Shown: positions 46,005 to 55,115 of the stretch, one piece after another
Layout of the letters: the number at the start of each line of letters is the position of its first letter
Numbering within the stretch: the stretch's first letter is position 1
Translations under genes and position numbers: made by a program
Virus record (IMG/VR): IMGVR_UViG_3300021406_000003
Coordinates: 1-55,115 of that record
Reading direction: 5' to 3' (one strand)
DNA: 55,115 nt
Origin: a virus
Taxonomy: Duplodnaviria > Caudoviricetes
Notes under the pieces: generated by a model
What the model was told of the DNA's origin: nothing
The model's database searches: none
The model's input: only the letters and a program-made list of their open reading frames with translations

Positions 46005-46776
46005 CGGCGTCTTTCGGCAAGATGCGCCCGGTAGCGGGGTCCCGTTTGCGTCCCATTGAGTCCACGATCGGCATAGGCGTAGTCATCGCTTCAACCGGCT
46101 CGCGCGTCTCACGCGGTATTTCCATCGAAAGCTTAGAAGAGATGAGCCCCTTGAGCTCGGCAAGCTGCATACGGAAATCTTGCGCCTGCTGCTCGTAATG
46201 CTTGCTCAAGCGCGCCATCTCGTCTTCATACTTCTCTTTGAGCTGCTCCGGCGTTTCGATCTGCCCAAAGCTATCTTTGAGCGGGTCAAACTCCCCGATG
46301 CCGTAGATTTTGTACAGCCGGATAGGCTCATCGGCGGTCCCGTCGTCATGGAGAACCTGCACTGTCACGTCAGGCGAACGATGTGGCCCCGAAGGCGTCA
46401 TATTAGGCCGACCGCCCCGCCCGTCGCCGCGAGGATAGTCATACCGATTAAGGTAGCGCGTCTTCTCGACACGCCAGAACTCACGCAGCTTTTCCTTGGC
46501 TTTCTCGTCGATGGCAAACCGGAATTGATCCGGGACGTAGAACGGTCCAAACCACGCCGCAACCTTGTGCATCGGCTGCACGATAGAGCATCCAGGCTGT
46601 AATGGGATTATCGTCGCCTTGCTACGCGGTCCCCCGACGTTCCACTCGAGAAAGACCGTGCGCGGCCACGTCCTCGCAAGCGTGACACGGCACTGCTTTT
46701 CAGCCTCGACGATGCCTCGAGCTTGGGCGACAGCGTCATCACGATCAAGGGACTCGAGTGGATCAACAGTCTGCAT
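45997..46776 (-). CDS. Hypothetical protein
   Basis: 259 aa, AAGGA SD. Confidence 0.75.
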   Translation of the reverse strand: MQTVDPLESLDRDDAVAQARGIVEAEKQCRVTLARTWPRTVFLEWNVGGPRSKATIIPLQPGCSIVQPMHKVAAWFGPFYVPDQFRFAIDEKAKEKLREFWRVEKTRYLNRYDYPRGDGRGGRPNMTPSGPHRSPDVTVQVLHDDGTADEPIRLYKIYGIGEFDPLKDSFGQIETPEQLKEKYEDEMARLSKHYEQQAQDFRMQLAELKGLISSKLSMEIPRETREPVEAMTTPMPIVDSMGRKRDPATGRILPKDADG

Positions 46777-46791
46777 AACCTGATTCGTTCC

Positions 46792-47811
46792 TTAGCAGCC
46801 CACGCAGCCAACGAGCGCGGGGAGGTAGCCTTTGAAGCCGGTGCCGCCGGCAAGGTTTGCACCGCCAGCCGTCGCCGTGGAACCGCCCGTTGCGGCCACC
46901 GCGAAGGTAAGCGAGTTCGCAACCATGCCGGAGAGCGAGATAGTGAAGAAGCTCGCCTCCGTGCTTCCGGAACCGAAGTTCACCTTGAAGAACATCGGGC
47001 TCGTAACCGAGAAATTATTGACGGTCACGGTCACGACGCCAGCCGCGTTGGCCGCGGTGAAGAACGCTGAGAAGCTAGGCTGTGCGTTAAGGTAGGCCAC
47101 AAGCGCCGCCGCCGCGGTCGTCGCCGAGACCGCCTGCGCGGAGGTCAGAGGCGGCGTCGTCCAGGTGGTGGTTTGCGCGGTGCCTGGAGCCGAAGGCACA
47201 TACGGCGTTTGGATCGTCACCGAGAGCGTATCGCCAGCCGCCGGAGCGCCCGCGATCGTATCGGTCTGCGAAGCCGCTGCGAGAGCCGCCGCGGTAATCG
47301 AAGAGCCGATTCCCGAAGCCGGCAGCGAGGCGTTCCCCGCAAAGGCCGAGATGCCGTTGGGAGCCGAAACCGAACCGCCCTGCAGATATCCCGCCGTACC
47401 GCGCGAAGCGATGAGCGGAAGCTTGTCGACGATCGTGACGGCGCCGGCGCCGGACTGATCGACGAGAACGCTGGGATGGAAGCCGGAGATAACCGCGTCG
47501 ATGTACTGCGTGCCGCGCACCAACCCCGCCGTCAAGTTTGCTCCAGACGTGTAATTGGCCGGAGATACAGAACCCCCGAAGCCGACCCAGGTCTCGGAAA
47601 CGATGCCGACGATGGATTGCTGATTCGCGCCGGTTCCCGGAAGCCCAACGCCCTTTTGATCGGGATATGGTTGGATATCCTGACTTGAGAACTGCAAGGC
47701 AATACCGGGGCTATACACCGTGCTCGCTACGGCAGGGCGATACTTGCGCGCCCCACGTTCGTAGTCGCGGTACTGTGAGCCAAAATCAGATACCGAAGTT
47801 GCGGAACCCAT
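46792..47811 (-). CDS. Capsid decoration/cement-like protein
   Basis: Downstream of MCP; Ala/Gly/Thr-rich. Confidence 0.65.
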   Translation of the reverse strand: MGSATSVSDFGSQYRDYERGARKYRPAVASTVYSPGIALQFSSQDIQPYPDQKGVGLPGTGANQQSIVGIVSETWVGFGGSVSPANYTSGANLTAGLVRGTQYIDAVISGFHPSVLVDQSGAGAVTIVDKLPLIASRGTAGYLQGGSVSAPNGISAFAGNASLPASGIGSSITAAALAAASQTDTIAGAPAAGDTLSVTIQTPYVPSAPGTAQTTTWTTPPLTSAQAVSATTAAAALVAYLNAQPSFSAFFTAANAAGVVTVTVNNFSVTSPMFFKVNFGSGSTEASFFTISLSGMVANSLTFAVAATGGSTATAGGANLAGGTGFKGYLPALVGCVGC

Positions 47812-47814
47812 GTC

Positions 47815-48012
47815 TTAGCCTTTGCCTCCCGGAGCCTTGCTGCGACCGCCGAAGTTCGCGTTCAAGACGCGGCCTTCGTTGGGCGGATATCCCTGTTCGT
47901 AATTGCACGGCTCCATCGTAGACTTGGCAGCCGTGTAGATATCGCCAAGGCGCTCGTTGACGCTGTTGTTGATCTTCTGACCCTTGGCGCTGCCGCTCTT
48001 CTCTTTAGACAT
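47815..48012 (-). CDS. Small virion-associated protein
   Basis: GAGGAG SD. Confidence 0.6.
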   Translation of the reverse strand: MSKEKSGSAKGQKINNSVNERLGDIYTAAKSTMEPCNYEQGYPPNEGRVLNANFGGRSKAPGGKG

Positions 48013-48026
48013 GGCTCTCCTCGCTC

Positions 48027-48875
48027 TTATTCTCGACGAATGATCTCGACGACGTGCAAACGGTCGAAGAGGGAATGCTGTAATCCGGCAGCCATGCTCG
48101 CGCGCTTGCGAGAATTGCACGGCTTACAAAGCCCCTGGATGTTGAAAGCGTAATCGCAGCCGCCTCGCGAGAGCGGGACGATGTGATCCTTCGTGAGCAC
48201 GCACTTCTCGCCGCATGACGCACAGCGCCCACGCTGCTTCGCAACGATTGCCTGCCACTCTGGAGCGGTGTGCGAACCAAGGATTCCCAACTTGAGAGCA
48301 CGGCGCTTCTCTTCTCCACGATTGGCGAGAGCGTGCCATCTATCAGGGAACCTGCGTCGCCACCGCATGACGCCAGCTTTGTGCGGTTCTGGGTTCTTGG
48401 CATACTCTGCACGGCATCGGGCATTGTACTCATCGCGATTCTCGGTACGCCACTTCTTGCGCCAAGTGCTATTCCACGCTTTGACCTTTTCAGGGTTTTC
48501 GGCATAGTACTGACGCGCGTAATCTGGGTGTTCTTCGTGCCACTTACGCAGGTACTCACGCTGGCATTCTTTGCATTTTCCGGGGCCGATGTGCTCGTGT
48601 CCGTTTTTGCAAAAGCCTGTACGCTTCGCCGCGTTGTTTGCGGTGAGGCAAGGTCCGCAAGCTCCACGCTGCCCTGGCTTGCGCTCGTGTAGCCCCTTTT
48701 TGCAGAATCGAGGCTCAGCGTTCTTCTTTGCCTTATATTCAAGCTGATAGGCAGCGCGCTGTTCCTTGTGCTCGGCAGCGTAAAGCCGGCTTCTCTCACG
48801 GGAGCATTCAATGCACGACGCACCGACGAGGCGCTCATGGCCTCGCTTACAGAGCGTTGTTTTGTAGTTCTGCAT
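48027..48875 (-). CDS. HNH endonuclease with three CKxG(H) Zn-finger repeats
   Basis: CASCG...DHIVPLSRGG...NIQGLCKPCNSRK. Confidence 0.92.
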   Translation of the reverse strand: MQNYKTTLCKRGHERLVGASCIECSRERSRLYAAEHKEQRAAYQLEYKAKKNAEPRFCKKGLHERKPGQRGACGPCLTANNAAKRTGFCKNGHEHIGPGKCKECQREYLRKWHEEHPDYARQYYAENPEKVKAWNSTWRKKWRTENRDEYNARCRAEYAKNPEPHKAGVMRWRRRFPDRWHALANRGEEKRRALKLGILGSHTAPEWQAIVAKQRGRCASCGEKCVLTKDHIVPLSRGGCDYAFNIQGLCKPCNSRKRASMAAGLQHSLFDRLHVVEIIRRE

Positions 48876-48906
48876 TCGTGCATTTTAACATGCTCCATCG
48901 TAAAAA

Positions 48907-49866
48907 TCAACCGTTGCTCACGTTACGATAAACTCCAGTTGAACTGGGTTTCCTAACCTCGTAATTTCCCAAAACAAAGATATGACCAGTTTCAACATCC
49001 TGATTCGTTGGTTTAATGAACCCCTCAAACTCAAAGTCGCGCTTCTCGTGGATGACAAGTCGCTCGTGATCGAGATTGTGGAAGTTCATGGTGTTCGCAG
49101 GCTGCCCGGAGTCGTCGACAAGCGGACAACCCTGGAACGCAATGTTGTCGAAGCCCAAACTTGCGATCTGAGAATCGACGAAAATCTCTTGCGGCGTGAG
49201 GAGCTGCCAAAACGAAGCGTAGCCGGTCTTGGTCGCAGAGATGAGCTGCACGCGCTCTTCATCGGTTTTACATTGCATCCACAACGTCATCATGGAGGCG
49301 CTCGAGAGCGCGGTGAGCGTGCCCGGATCGAAGACCTGCGCCTGCCACCACGGGTTGGCGACACGGTCGATACCCAGATACACTTGCTGACCCGAGGCGT
49401 TATTGACGGCTGCTCCAAGACCGTCCCAATCTTTCCCACCATTGCCGGAGCCATTGGCAAAAACCTGAGCGCCGATCTTATCGTAGAGCGCCATATATGC
49501 CGACTCCACCTTGTTCTTCACAAGGGAGAGCTGCGCGCGTTTGCCCGAAGCCCGAAGCTTGTCGATCGCAATGATCGTCACCGACGCCTGCGCCTGCTTC
49601 CAGGGGAGTTCGTAGGTCGTAAACTCTTCCTGCGCATCGGTCGGCAGAATGTCGGCGCCGCTATAGGTGATCGCCGTCTCATTGGGCTGCGCCAAGATCG
49701 GCTGCGAGATAATCGAGCCGCCGGATTCGTGGACGATCCGCTTCTTGGAGCGCAAGATACCGATGAGCGGACGCGCGCCGTAGCGTTGGTCGATGATCGA
49801 CGTACGAAGCTCACGCTCGACGAAGGCGTTGATTTCTGCGGTTGAAACAAAGGGTATTTGCGGCAC
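48907..49866 (-). CDS. Major capsid protein
   Basis: GG.II.QP, Y..PWKQ, G.GNGGK..DGL, Y.GIDR...WW pattern; follows scaffold. Confidence 0.88.
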   Translation of the reverse strand: MPQIPFVSTAEINAFVERELRTSIIDQRYGARPLIGILRSKKRIVHESGGSIISQPILAQPNETAITYSGADILPTDAQEEFTTYELPWKQAQASVTIIAIDKLRASGKRAQLSLVKNKVESAYMALYDKIGAQVFANGSGNGGKDWDGLGAAVNNASGQQVYLGIDRVANPWWQAQVFDPGTLTALSSASMMTLWMQCKTDEERVQLISATKTGYASFWQLLTPQEIFVDSQIASLGFDNIAFQGCPLVDDSGQPANTMNFHNLDHERLVIHEKRDFEFEGFIKPTNQDVETGHIFVLGNYEVRKPSSTGVYRNVSNG

Positions 49867-50480
49867 TACATACTCCCTACTACTAACGAGATGCGATCAA
49901 ACAGCGTTGGCTGTACGCCGGGAAGCAGCGCATTTGATTTAGCCGCGTTGCATGTCCGACAAAGACCCTGGATGTTGATTGCCATGTCCGACCCCCCACG
50001 AGAAACGGGAACGATGTGGTCTCGCTCTAGTGGACGGCCTGGAATCTTCCCACAGTGATTGCACTTGCCGTCCTGTCTGGCGACAATCGCAGTCCACTCT
50101 TCGGTAGTGTGGGAGCCTATTGCGTTGAACTTCGCTAGCCGATGACGGCGCGTGCGCGCTCTACAAAGCTCGGGATTCGCCTTCTGCCAAGCTGAGAAAT
50201 ACTCTGGGTTCTCTAGCTTGTACTTAGCGTTATACGTGCGATTGTATTCACGATACCGCTCGGGGTTGTTCACCTTCCAAGCTTTCGTAGTGGCCCGCCG
50301 CTCGTCAAGGTGCTCCGCCATGCGCTTGGCATGGTAAGCCTTCCATCTCTCAGGATGCTCCCGATAAGCCTTCCGTGCATCCGCAATCTTACAAGGACGG
50401 CATGATTTCCGAAGCTCACGCGGCCCTCCGCATCTCCCGCAGGGCTTCCCAAGTTTTGACGTGTCAAGCATGGTATTCAT
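49866..50480 (-). CDS. HNH endonuclease
   Basis: CNHCG...DHIVPVSRGG...NIQGLCRTCNAAK. Confidence 0.92.
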   Translation of the reverse strand: MNTMLDTSKLGKPCGRCGGPRELRKSCRPCKIADARKAYREHPERWKAYHAKRMAEHLDERRATTKAWKVNNPERYREYNRTYNAKYKLENPEYFSAWQKANPELCRARTRRHRLAKFNAIGSHTTEEWTAIVARQDGKCNHCGKIPGRPLERDHIVPVSRGGSDMAINIQGLCRTCNAAKSNALLPGVQPTLFDRISLVVGSM

Positions 50481-51598
50481 GACGCGAATCGCGGATCTGG
50501 GTTAGCCAAATAGCGATCGACGGGATCGTCGAACTGCTTGGCTCTTTGAGCCGCGCCATTGGAGCGCGTGCCGTTGGGGGAAGCCCCCGGGCTTCCTAAG
50601 AGTGCGGGAATCTGCGGCTGCGGTGCCGCTGCCGGCTGTTGCTGCTGCGTGCGCGCGAGCTTGAGCGCGTCGTAAATCGACGCCTTGAGTGCAAGCGCAT
50701 CGAGGAACCAAGGACGATTTTGACCCTGCGGAAAGCCCTGCGCCTGCGCCTGGAAATAGAGCGCGTCGGCGGTGGTCTTCAGATCGGCTTGAAGATGCTG
50801 ATCGGTCGCGAGCATCGGGTACTTCTCAACGCATTTGGCCCAATCGCTCTGCATGCGCTGCTGATCGCTTTGGCGCTGCTGCTCCGCTCTCCATGACTGA
50901 AGCTCTTTGATCTGCTGCGCGAGCACCGGGTCGGGTTGCTGCTGTTGACGCTGCGTGCGCGCCTGCGTCGGCTGCGCGGCGGGTGCGTTCTGATCGAAGA
51001 ACGCAGAGCACTGCTCGAGGTACTCAGCCTTGGGCGCATTCGAGAGATACTCGTCGATGAAGCCCAGCGTGTTCGGCTCTTTGGTGAGGCGCTCCATGAG
51101 CGGCGCCCAATTTTGCTTCGCCTCTTCAGCCGTGCATCGGAAGATGCTCTTGAACGTATCGACTTCGCCCTTCATGGGCTGGAGCTGCGCACGCTCTTGG
51201 AGCGCCGCCACAACCTGGGCGCGCGTCCACTCTATGCCTTCCGCGAGGGGGATTTTGTCCTCGGGGGAAAACGTGGGCTTAGGTTCAATGACAGCCTCAG
51301 CGACCTTCGGAGCTTCGGTTCCGGGGGTCTCTGCTTTAGGCGTCTCCGTCGTCTTTGCGACGGGCGGCTCAACCTTGGGCTGCTCGGTGGTCGCCTTCGC
51401 GGGCGGCGCTTCCGTCTTCGGAGTCACCTCAGCCTGCGGCGTTACCGCCGGAAATTCTTTGGTCTCCGGGTTCTCCTCAATCCACCGATCAATGGGATCG
51501 GCGGGAGCGGAAGAAGATGGAGAAACCTCGCCTCGACCATCGTTACCGATGGGAAGCGGGTCAAGCCCCTTGGGAGTCGCTTCGTCTTGTGGATTCAT
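50477..51598 (-). CDS. Capsid scaffolding protein
   Basis: Acidic P/E/T-rich N-terminus, coiled coils; between portal and MCP. Confidence 0.75.
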   Translation of the reverse strand: MNPQDEATPKGLDPLPIGNDGRGEVSPSSSAPADPIDRWIEENPETKEFPAVTPQAEVTPKTEAPPAKATTEQPKVEPPVAKTTETPKAETPGTEAPKVAEAVIEPKPTFSPEDKIPLAEGIEWTRAQVVAALQERAQLQPMKGEVDTFKSIFRCTAEEAKQNWAPLMERLTKEPNTLGFIDEYLSNAPKAEYLEQCSAFFDQNAPAAQPTQARTQRQQQQPDPVLAQQIKELQSWRAEQQRQSDQQRMQSDWAKCVEKYPMLATDQHLQADLKTTADALYFQAQAQGFPQGQNRPWFLDALALKASIYDALKLARTQQQQPAAAPQPQIPALLGSPGASPNGTRSNGAAQRAKQFDDPVDRYLANPDPRFAS

Positions 51599-51619
51599 AA
51601 GCTACTGCACAACCATGCC

Positions 51620-51665
51620 TGAGCGGTGCGATAGCAGTGTCGAAACGCTGCAACAGCACCGCTCA
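51620..51665 (-). promoter_or_regulatory. Long hairpin upstream of the scaffold gene
   Basis: TGAGCGGTGC...GCACCGCTCA with inner stem and TTCG loop on the minus strand. Confidence 0.5.
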
Positions 51666-51673
51666 ACTGCATC

Positions 51674-51751
51674 TTACCGGCGACCGCGCCGCCCGCCGCG
51701 CTTGCCTTTGCGGCCTCCGCGCATGTGATGGCGCTTTTTTCGTCTAGCCAT
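51674..51751 (-). CDS. 25-aa protamine-like peptide
   Basis: MARRKKRHHMRGGRKGKRGGRRGRR; AAGGAG SD. Confidence 0.7.
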   Translation of the reverse strand: MARRKKRHHMRGGRKGKRGGRRGRR

Positions 51752-51935
51752 GGTTGTTGGTGCTCTCCTTTCCATCCGTCTTCCGGGAACCGGAGATGAC
51801 GATGCGGAGAGCGTAGCGCACCGCTTGCGCCGCCCTATCTGTAAAAATACTTCTAAGCGGTTACTGCAACTTTTTTAAGGAGACTCACTACATTCAGGGT
51901 TGGCTGGGAAGCAATATAGCTCGTAGTATGACGCA

Positions 51936-52240
51936 GGTAGTCCCAGAAAAGAAAAGAAGCTCCGGTGTACCCCTACAGCCCAAAGCTCTTTTCACTCTCC
52001 CGTGTTTCGCACGGCGAACGGATTTCCTCCGATGTGACGGTGAAAAGCGCCTAGAGGCGTTCCGCACCTATCATGCTTGCGGACCTGTTCGGAGCCGAAA
52101 GGCTCCCTTGCCTTCCAAAAAACCGCTGAAAAGCGGGAAGGGAAGGGAAGGCGGGTGGGGAATGTCCCCCTAAGACCCCCTGTCAGTACTACTAAGGAGC
52201 CGGGAACGGTATCGGCTTAGTACGAGGCGGTCTTTTCTTA
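51936..52240 (+). ncRNA. Candidate structured ncRNA
   Basis: Dense hairpins, upstream TTGGCT-18-TAGTAT, terminal stem plus U tract. Confidence 0.4.
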
Positions 52241-52265
52241 TCCTAGGAAGCAAGCGCGCCTCTTA

Positions 52266-52670
52266 TCACATCCCACCGGGAGACCCGGAGAGATCGAGTG
52301 AACTCTTCGCCGGAGGCGGAGCTCCCGGAATCGCTGGCGCGGTCGGAGGAGCCTGTGGCGCAGGCGCGGCGACGGCGGCTTTGATCTGATCGACGAGCAT
52401 CGTGATCGCGGGGGCCAAGCTCGGCACCTGACCGGTAAGCTCGCGCAAAGAGAGAATGGCCGTATCGGCCGCTACTTTCTTCGAGGTTGAGGGATCCCCG
52501 GATGAAAGGCCCCCGATGCCCGTAGGAGGCGGCGGAAGCCCCGGCATGCTCGGAGGGGCTCCCATACCCGCACCAAGAGCCGCAGAGGGCGCTCCAGGCA
52601 TGTTCATGGGCGAAGGACCGGGGCCACCCCCGCCACCCAGAAGAGACGCTAAACCACCACCGTATGCCAT
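52266..52670 (-). CDS. Pro/Gly-rich hypothetical protein
   Basis: 134 aa downstream of portal. Confidence 0.7.
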   Translation of the reverse strand: MAYGGGLASLLGGGGGPGPSPMNMPGAPSAALGAGMGAPPSMPGLPPPPTGIGGLSSGDPSTSKKVAADTAILSLRELTGQVPSLAPAITMLVDQIKAAVAAPAPQAPPTAPAIPGAPPPAKSSLDLSGSPGGM

Positions 52671-52671
52671 T

Positions 52672-52842
52672 TCACTTCCCCCACGAGCTTAGAAGCTCTT
52701 CAGAAAATAGTCTTTTTGCGTCTTCTTCCGTGAAGCACGGTAAAAGCGCGTGCAAGATCGGCTCTATCTCTTCAAAAGAAAGCTCCCGATCAAGCCACGG
52801 CTTTATCGCGCTCGAGACGTCTGCTCTAAATGATGATTGCAT
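52672..52842 (-). CDS. Hypothetical protein (56 aa)
   Basis: Fills gap after portal; GAGG SD. Confidence 0.55.
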   Translation of the reverse strand: MQSSFRADVSSAIKPWLDRELSFEEIEPILHALLPCFTEEDAKRLFSEELLSSWGK

Positions 52843-52845
52843 GCC

Positions 52846-54981
52846 CTACCTCACCGCGGCGTTTTCGTGTCGCGAAGGGATGTTCGAAGGCGGCGCGTTG
52901 CGCGTCTGAACCTTCGGATGATTCTGGGGGCGTGATTGCTCCGGGCCCGGCTTACCGCCAACCTTGGAGGCACGCTTCGCCATGGCTTCCATCGCCTGGT
53001 TTGCCGCCTGCTGCTGGAGCATACGCGGAACTTGCGTGCGGTAGCCCTCGATGCGGTTCTTCTCGTGCCACCAAACCATGTCGACGAGCTTTTTATCGTA
53101 GAGCTGCATCCACTTATTCCACAGCCCAGCGGGAGATGTGGAGAGCGAAGAGACCGGCTCAATCGCAAACTCGACGGCTCCCTGAAGATCGGTCGCCTGA
53201 TACGTGCGGAACTTGGTCTCGACGCTAGAGACGGGCTGCACGACGGGCTGCCCTTGCTCGTCGAAAGTCTGCTCGTAGTGAACCTTGTCTTGGCGCTCCC
53301 GAATAGGCCGCTGCCCGCGGTCGAACTGCTGGATGAGCTGCACGCGCAGCTTCCCGATGCGCGCGAGCCCGGATTCGAAGTTGCGCACCTTTAGGCGGAT
53401 CGGCGCAGCCCCGGATTCCTGGAGCTGATCCATCGTCGCGAATGCCGTATTCCCCGCTGGCATATGACCACTCACCGCGTCATTGACGCCGCTCACTTGC
53501 CCCATCGCCTTGTCAAGAACCTCGTAAAGTTCGAAGAACTCCTTCGGGATGCCGGGCTTGTCCAAAGGCTGCAATCCGTCCATTTTTTCCATGGGAATCA
53601 CGAGCCCAGGCTTGTTCTTGATAGAAGCAGCGTTGACACCAGCATTCTTATCGAGCTTATAACTTGGCGATCCAATCTTTTCGAGGATATCGTAAACCTG
53701 TGACAAGATACGATTTTCCGCGATGGCGCAATCCTTGAGAGCAATGCACTCGCCCTGACCCCAGAATGCGCCGTTGTCGTAGTCTTTCCACATGGCCCAC
53801 GGGAAGCCGTCGGTCTGGAACGGATTGCAGATATCCCGGAGAAGCACGCGGTTGCACCCCGCCGTGATGACCAACCGACCATTGGGATACTTGGGACGCC
53901 AACACGTTTCCATAACCGGCTGCATTTTCGGCTTATAGAACGGGAACGGGAACGGCTGGCCGTCGATCTCGCTAACCTCAGTACGCATGCCCGCAAGCTC
54001 AAGATCATACATACCATCGGGGCCGACGACGGGCTCAAACTGCGGCTGGCCGTTGACGACTTTCTGCTTTTCGTACTCCTCAAGCGTGTCGTCTCGCATC
54101 CAATACTCGAGAACCTCGACGATGTCTCCGTCGTCTTCCCGATACGGCGACGTAGCGTTGGTGTACAAAGGAGCGGTGACGTTTCCGTTTATGCTCTGCG
54201 CTGTGATGATGCGCTTGCGCTCTCCAGCGGCGTCCCCTTCGCGGATGAAGTCACGATCGGCTTCGCTTCCACTTGCCATGCGGATCGTCCGTACGGCATA
54301 GCACGCCTTTGCCTTGTCGGGAAAATTGCGACGAATCCACCCCATCGTTTGCGATTCAGCGTGGATAAGAAACTCGCAATCTTCGATGCACGTTGCCGTC
54401 GCGTTCGTGAAGACTTTGTAGGGGGCCACCGGAATGGCGACATGCTTTCCACGTCCTCCATCTGCGTACGGATCGAACAGAACCTTCATGAAGCCCGTGC
54501 CCCAGATGAGGCCGAACAGCACGAAGATCGAGTTCTTGCCCTGCATATCGTTGTTATCCCAATCGCGGTCGACGAGCTTGCGCAACAGGTCGGCAGCATC
54601 TTCGGAGCCCGGAACTTCGGGCTCAACCGATATACGGGGCTTGTTATCGGTCATGACAGCCTGCTGGAAAGTGACCAGCGCACGTATCTTGTTTACCGAT
54701 ATTTTCGAGCGCCACGTCGGCCATTTATTGGGCCACATATTGGACACGAACAAGTCCCATGCGACATCGAACGTCTCATAAGGATCGCGAGCGCGACGGG
54801 CGTCTTCGTACATGCGGGAGCAGAACTGGAGGATTTCAAACTGATCTTGCTCTTCAGGAGTAAGCTCCTCGATCTCCGGGATTTCACGACGCTCCGCCTG
54901 ATGCTTCTCTTGCTGCGTAGAGAGCCACTCATCGTACTGTAGAAGGCCGGAGTTCCGGCCCATGGCGCTCTGAAGCGGCAT
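52846..54981 (-). CDS. Portal protein (P22-like)
   Basis: N.I...V.......DNKP.I.VEP, G.I.GTGFMKV..DP, YPNGR, FWGQG, SGV.D...G. Confidence 0.9.
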   Translation of the reverse strand: MPLQSAMGRNSGLLQYDEWLSTQQEKHQAERREIPEIEELTPEEQDQFEILQFCSRMYEDARRARDPYETFDVAWDLFVSNMWPNKWPTWRSKISVNKIRALVTFQQAVMTDNKPRISVEPEVPGSEDAADLLRKLVDRDWDNNDMQGKNSIFVLFGLIWGTGFMKVLFDPYADGGRGKHVAIPVAPYKVFTNATATCIEDCEFLIHAESQTMGWIRRNFPDKAKACYAVRTIRMASGSEADRDFIREGDAAGERKRIITAQSINGNVTAPLYTNATSPYREDDGDIVEVLEYWMRDDTLEEYEKQKVVNGQPQFEPVVGPDGMYDLELAGMRTEVSEIDGQPFPFPFYKPKMQPVMETCWRPKYPNGRLVITAGCNRVLLRDICNPFQTDGFPWAMWKDYDNGAFWGQGECIALKDCAIAENRILSQVYDILEKIGSPSYKLDKNAGVNAASIKNKPGLVIPMEKMDGLQPLDKPGIPKEFFELYEVLDKAMGQVSGVNDAVSGHMPAGNTAFATMDQLQESGAAPIRLKVRNFESGLARIGKLRVQLIQQFDRGQRPIRERQDKVHYEQTFDEQGQPVVQPVSSVETKFRTYQATDLQGAVEFAIEPVSSLSTSPAGLWNKWMQLYDKKLVDMVWWHEKNRIEGYRTQVPRMLQQQAANQAMEAMAKRASKVGGKPGPEQSRPQNHPKVQTRNAPPSNIPSRHENAAVR

Positions 54982-54988
54982 GAACTAC

Positions 54989-55115
54989 TTCATCCGGCCA
55001 GCGGGCGTTTTCCCAAAGTCGTATCGGCTTGGGCCAGAAATTAGACTCTTAATAGACTTCTCCCCGAAAGGAGTTTCTTTCCCAGCCCAGTCAGTATCCT
55101 GAGTCCAGGGCGTCA
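54989..55115. repeat. Terminal direct repeat, identical to 1-127
   Basis: Exact match to window start. Confidence 0.97.

Noticed and set aside
51958-51990. HEARO/omega-RNA-like motif
   Set aside because: Only a loose local resemblance with a poorly paired stem, and no IscB or TnpB nearby
51928-52173. 81-aa plus-strand ORF
   Set aside because: No SD, start overlaps the -10 box, no recognisable protein features
1-55115. Genome-wide stop-codon recoding
   Set aside because: Core genes are intact in the standard code and end with TAA, TAG and TGA; no suppressor tRNA

Overview
The window is a complete, circularly assembled tailed dsDNA phage genome of about 54,988 bp, probably podovirus-like. 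Bases 1-127 repeat exactly at 54989-55115, and an ORF reads through the junction. The minus strand carries the virion and packaging genes: portal, scaffold, major capsid flanked by two HNH genes, decoration, beta-helix tailspike, adaptor, nozzle, ejection proteins, holin, M15-type endolysin and terminase. It also carries an early recombination and nucleic-acid module (Cro-like HTH, YqaJ exonuclease, putative SSAP, RNase AS-like exonuclease, HAD phosphatase, Hjc-like protein). I found no integrase, DNA polymerase or CRISPR array. The accessory region is unusually rich in RNA elements. (1) Two tandem pseudoknotted type I hammerhead ribozymes flank one ORF and would excise a 443-nt mRNA that could circularise. 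(2) A Ro60/TROVE gene is preceded by two tRNA-mimicking YrlA-type Y RNAs and a third minimal Y RNA, next to TerC and vWA genes. (3) There is a tRNA-His and a highly structured non-coding tract of about 300 nt. Other oddities are an inverted-repeat-bounded, in-frame recoded duplicate of the tailspike 3' end, an HNH insertion that re-supplies a recoded 5' end of its target gene, and an Acb2/Tad1-like gene beside RyR and KGG genes. All calls come from reading the sequence by eye; no database searches were run.
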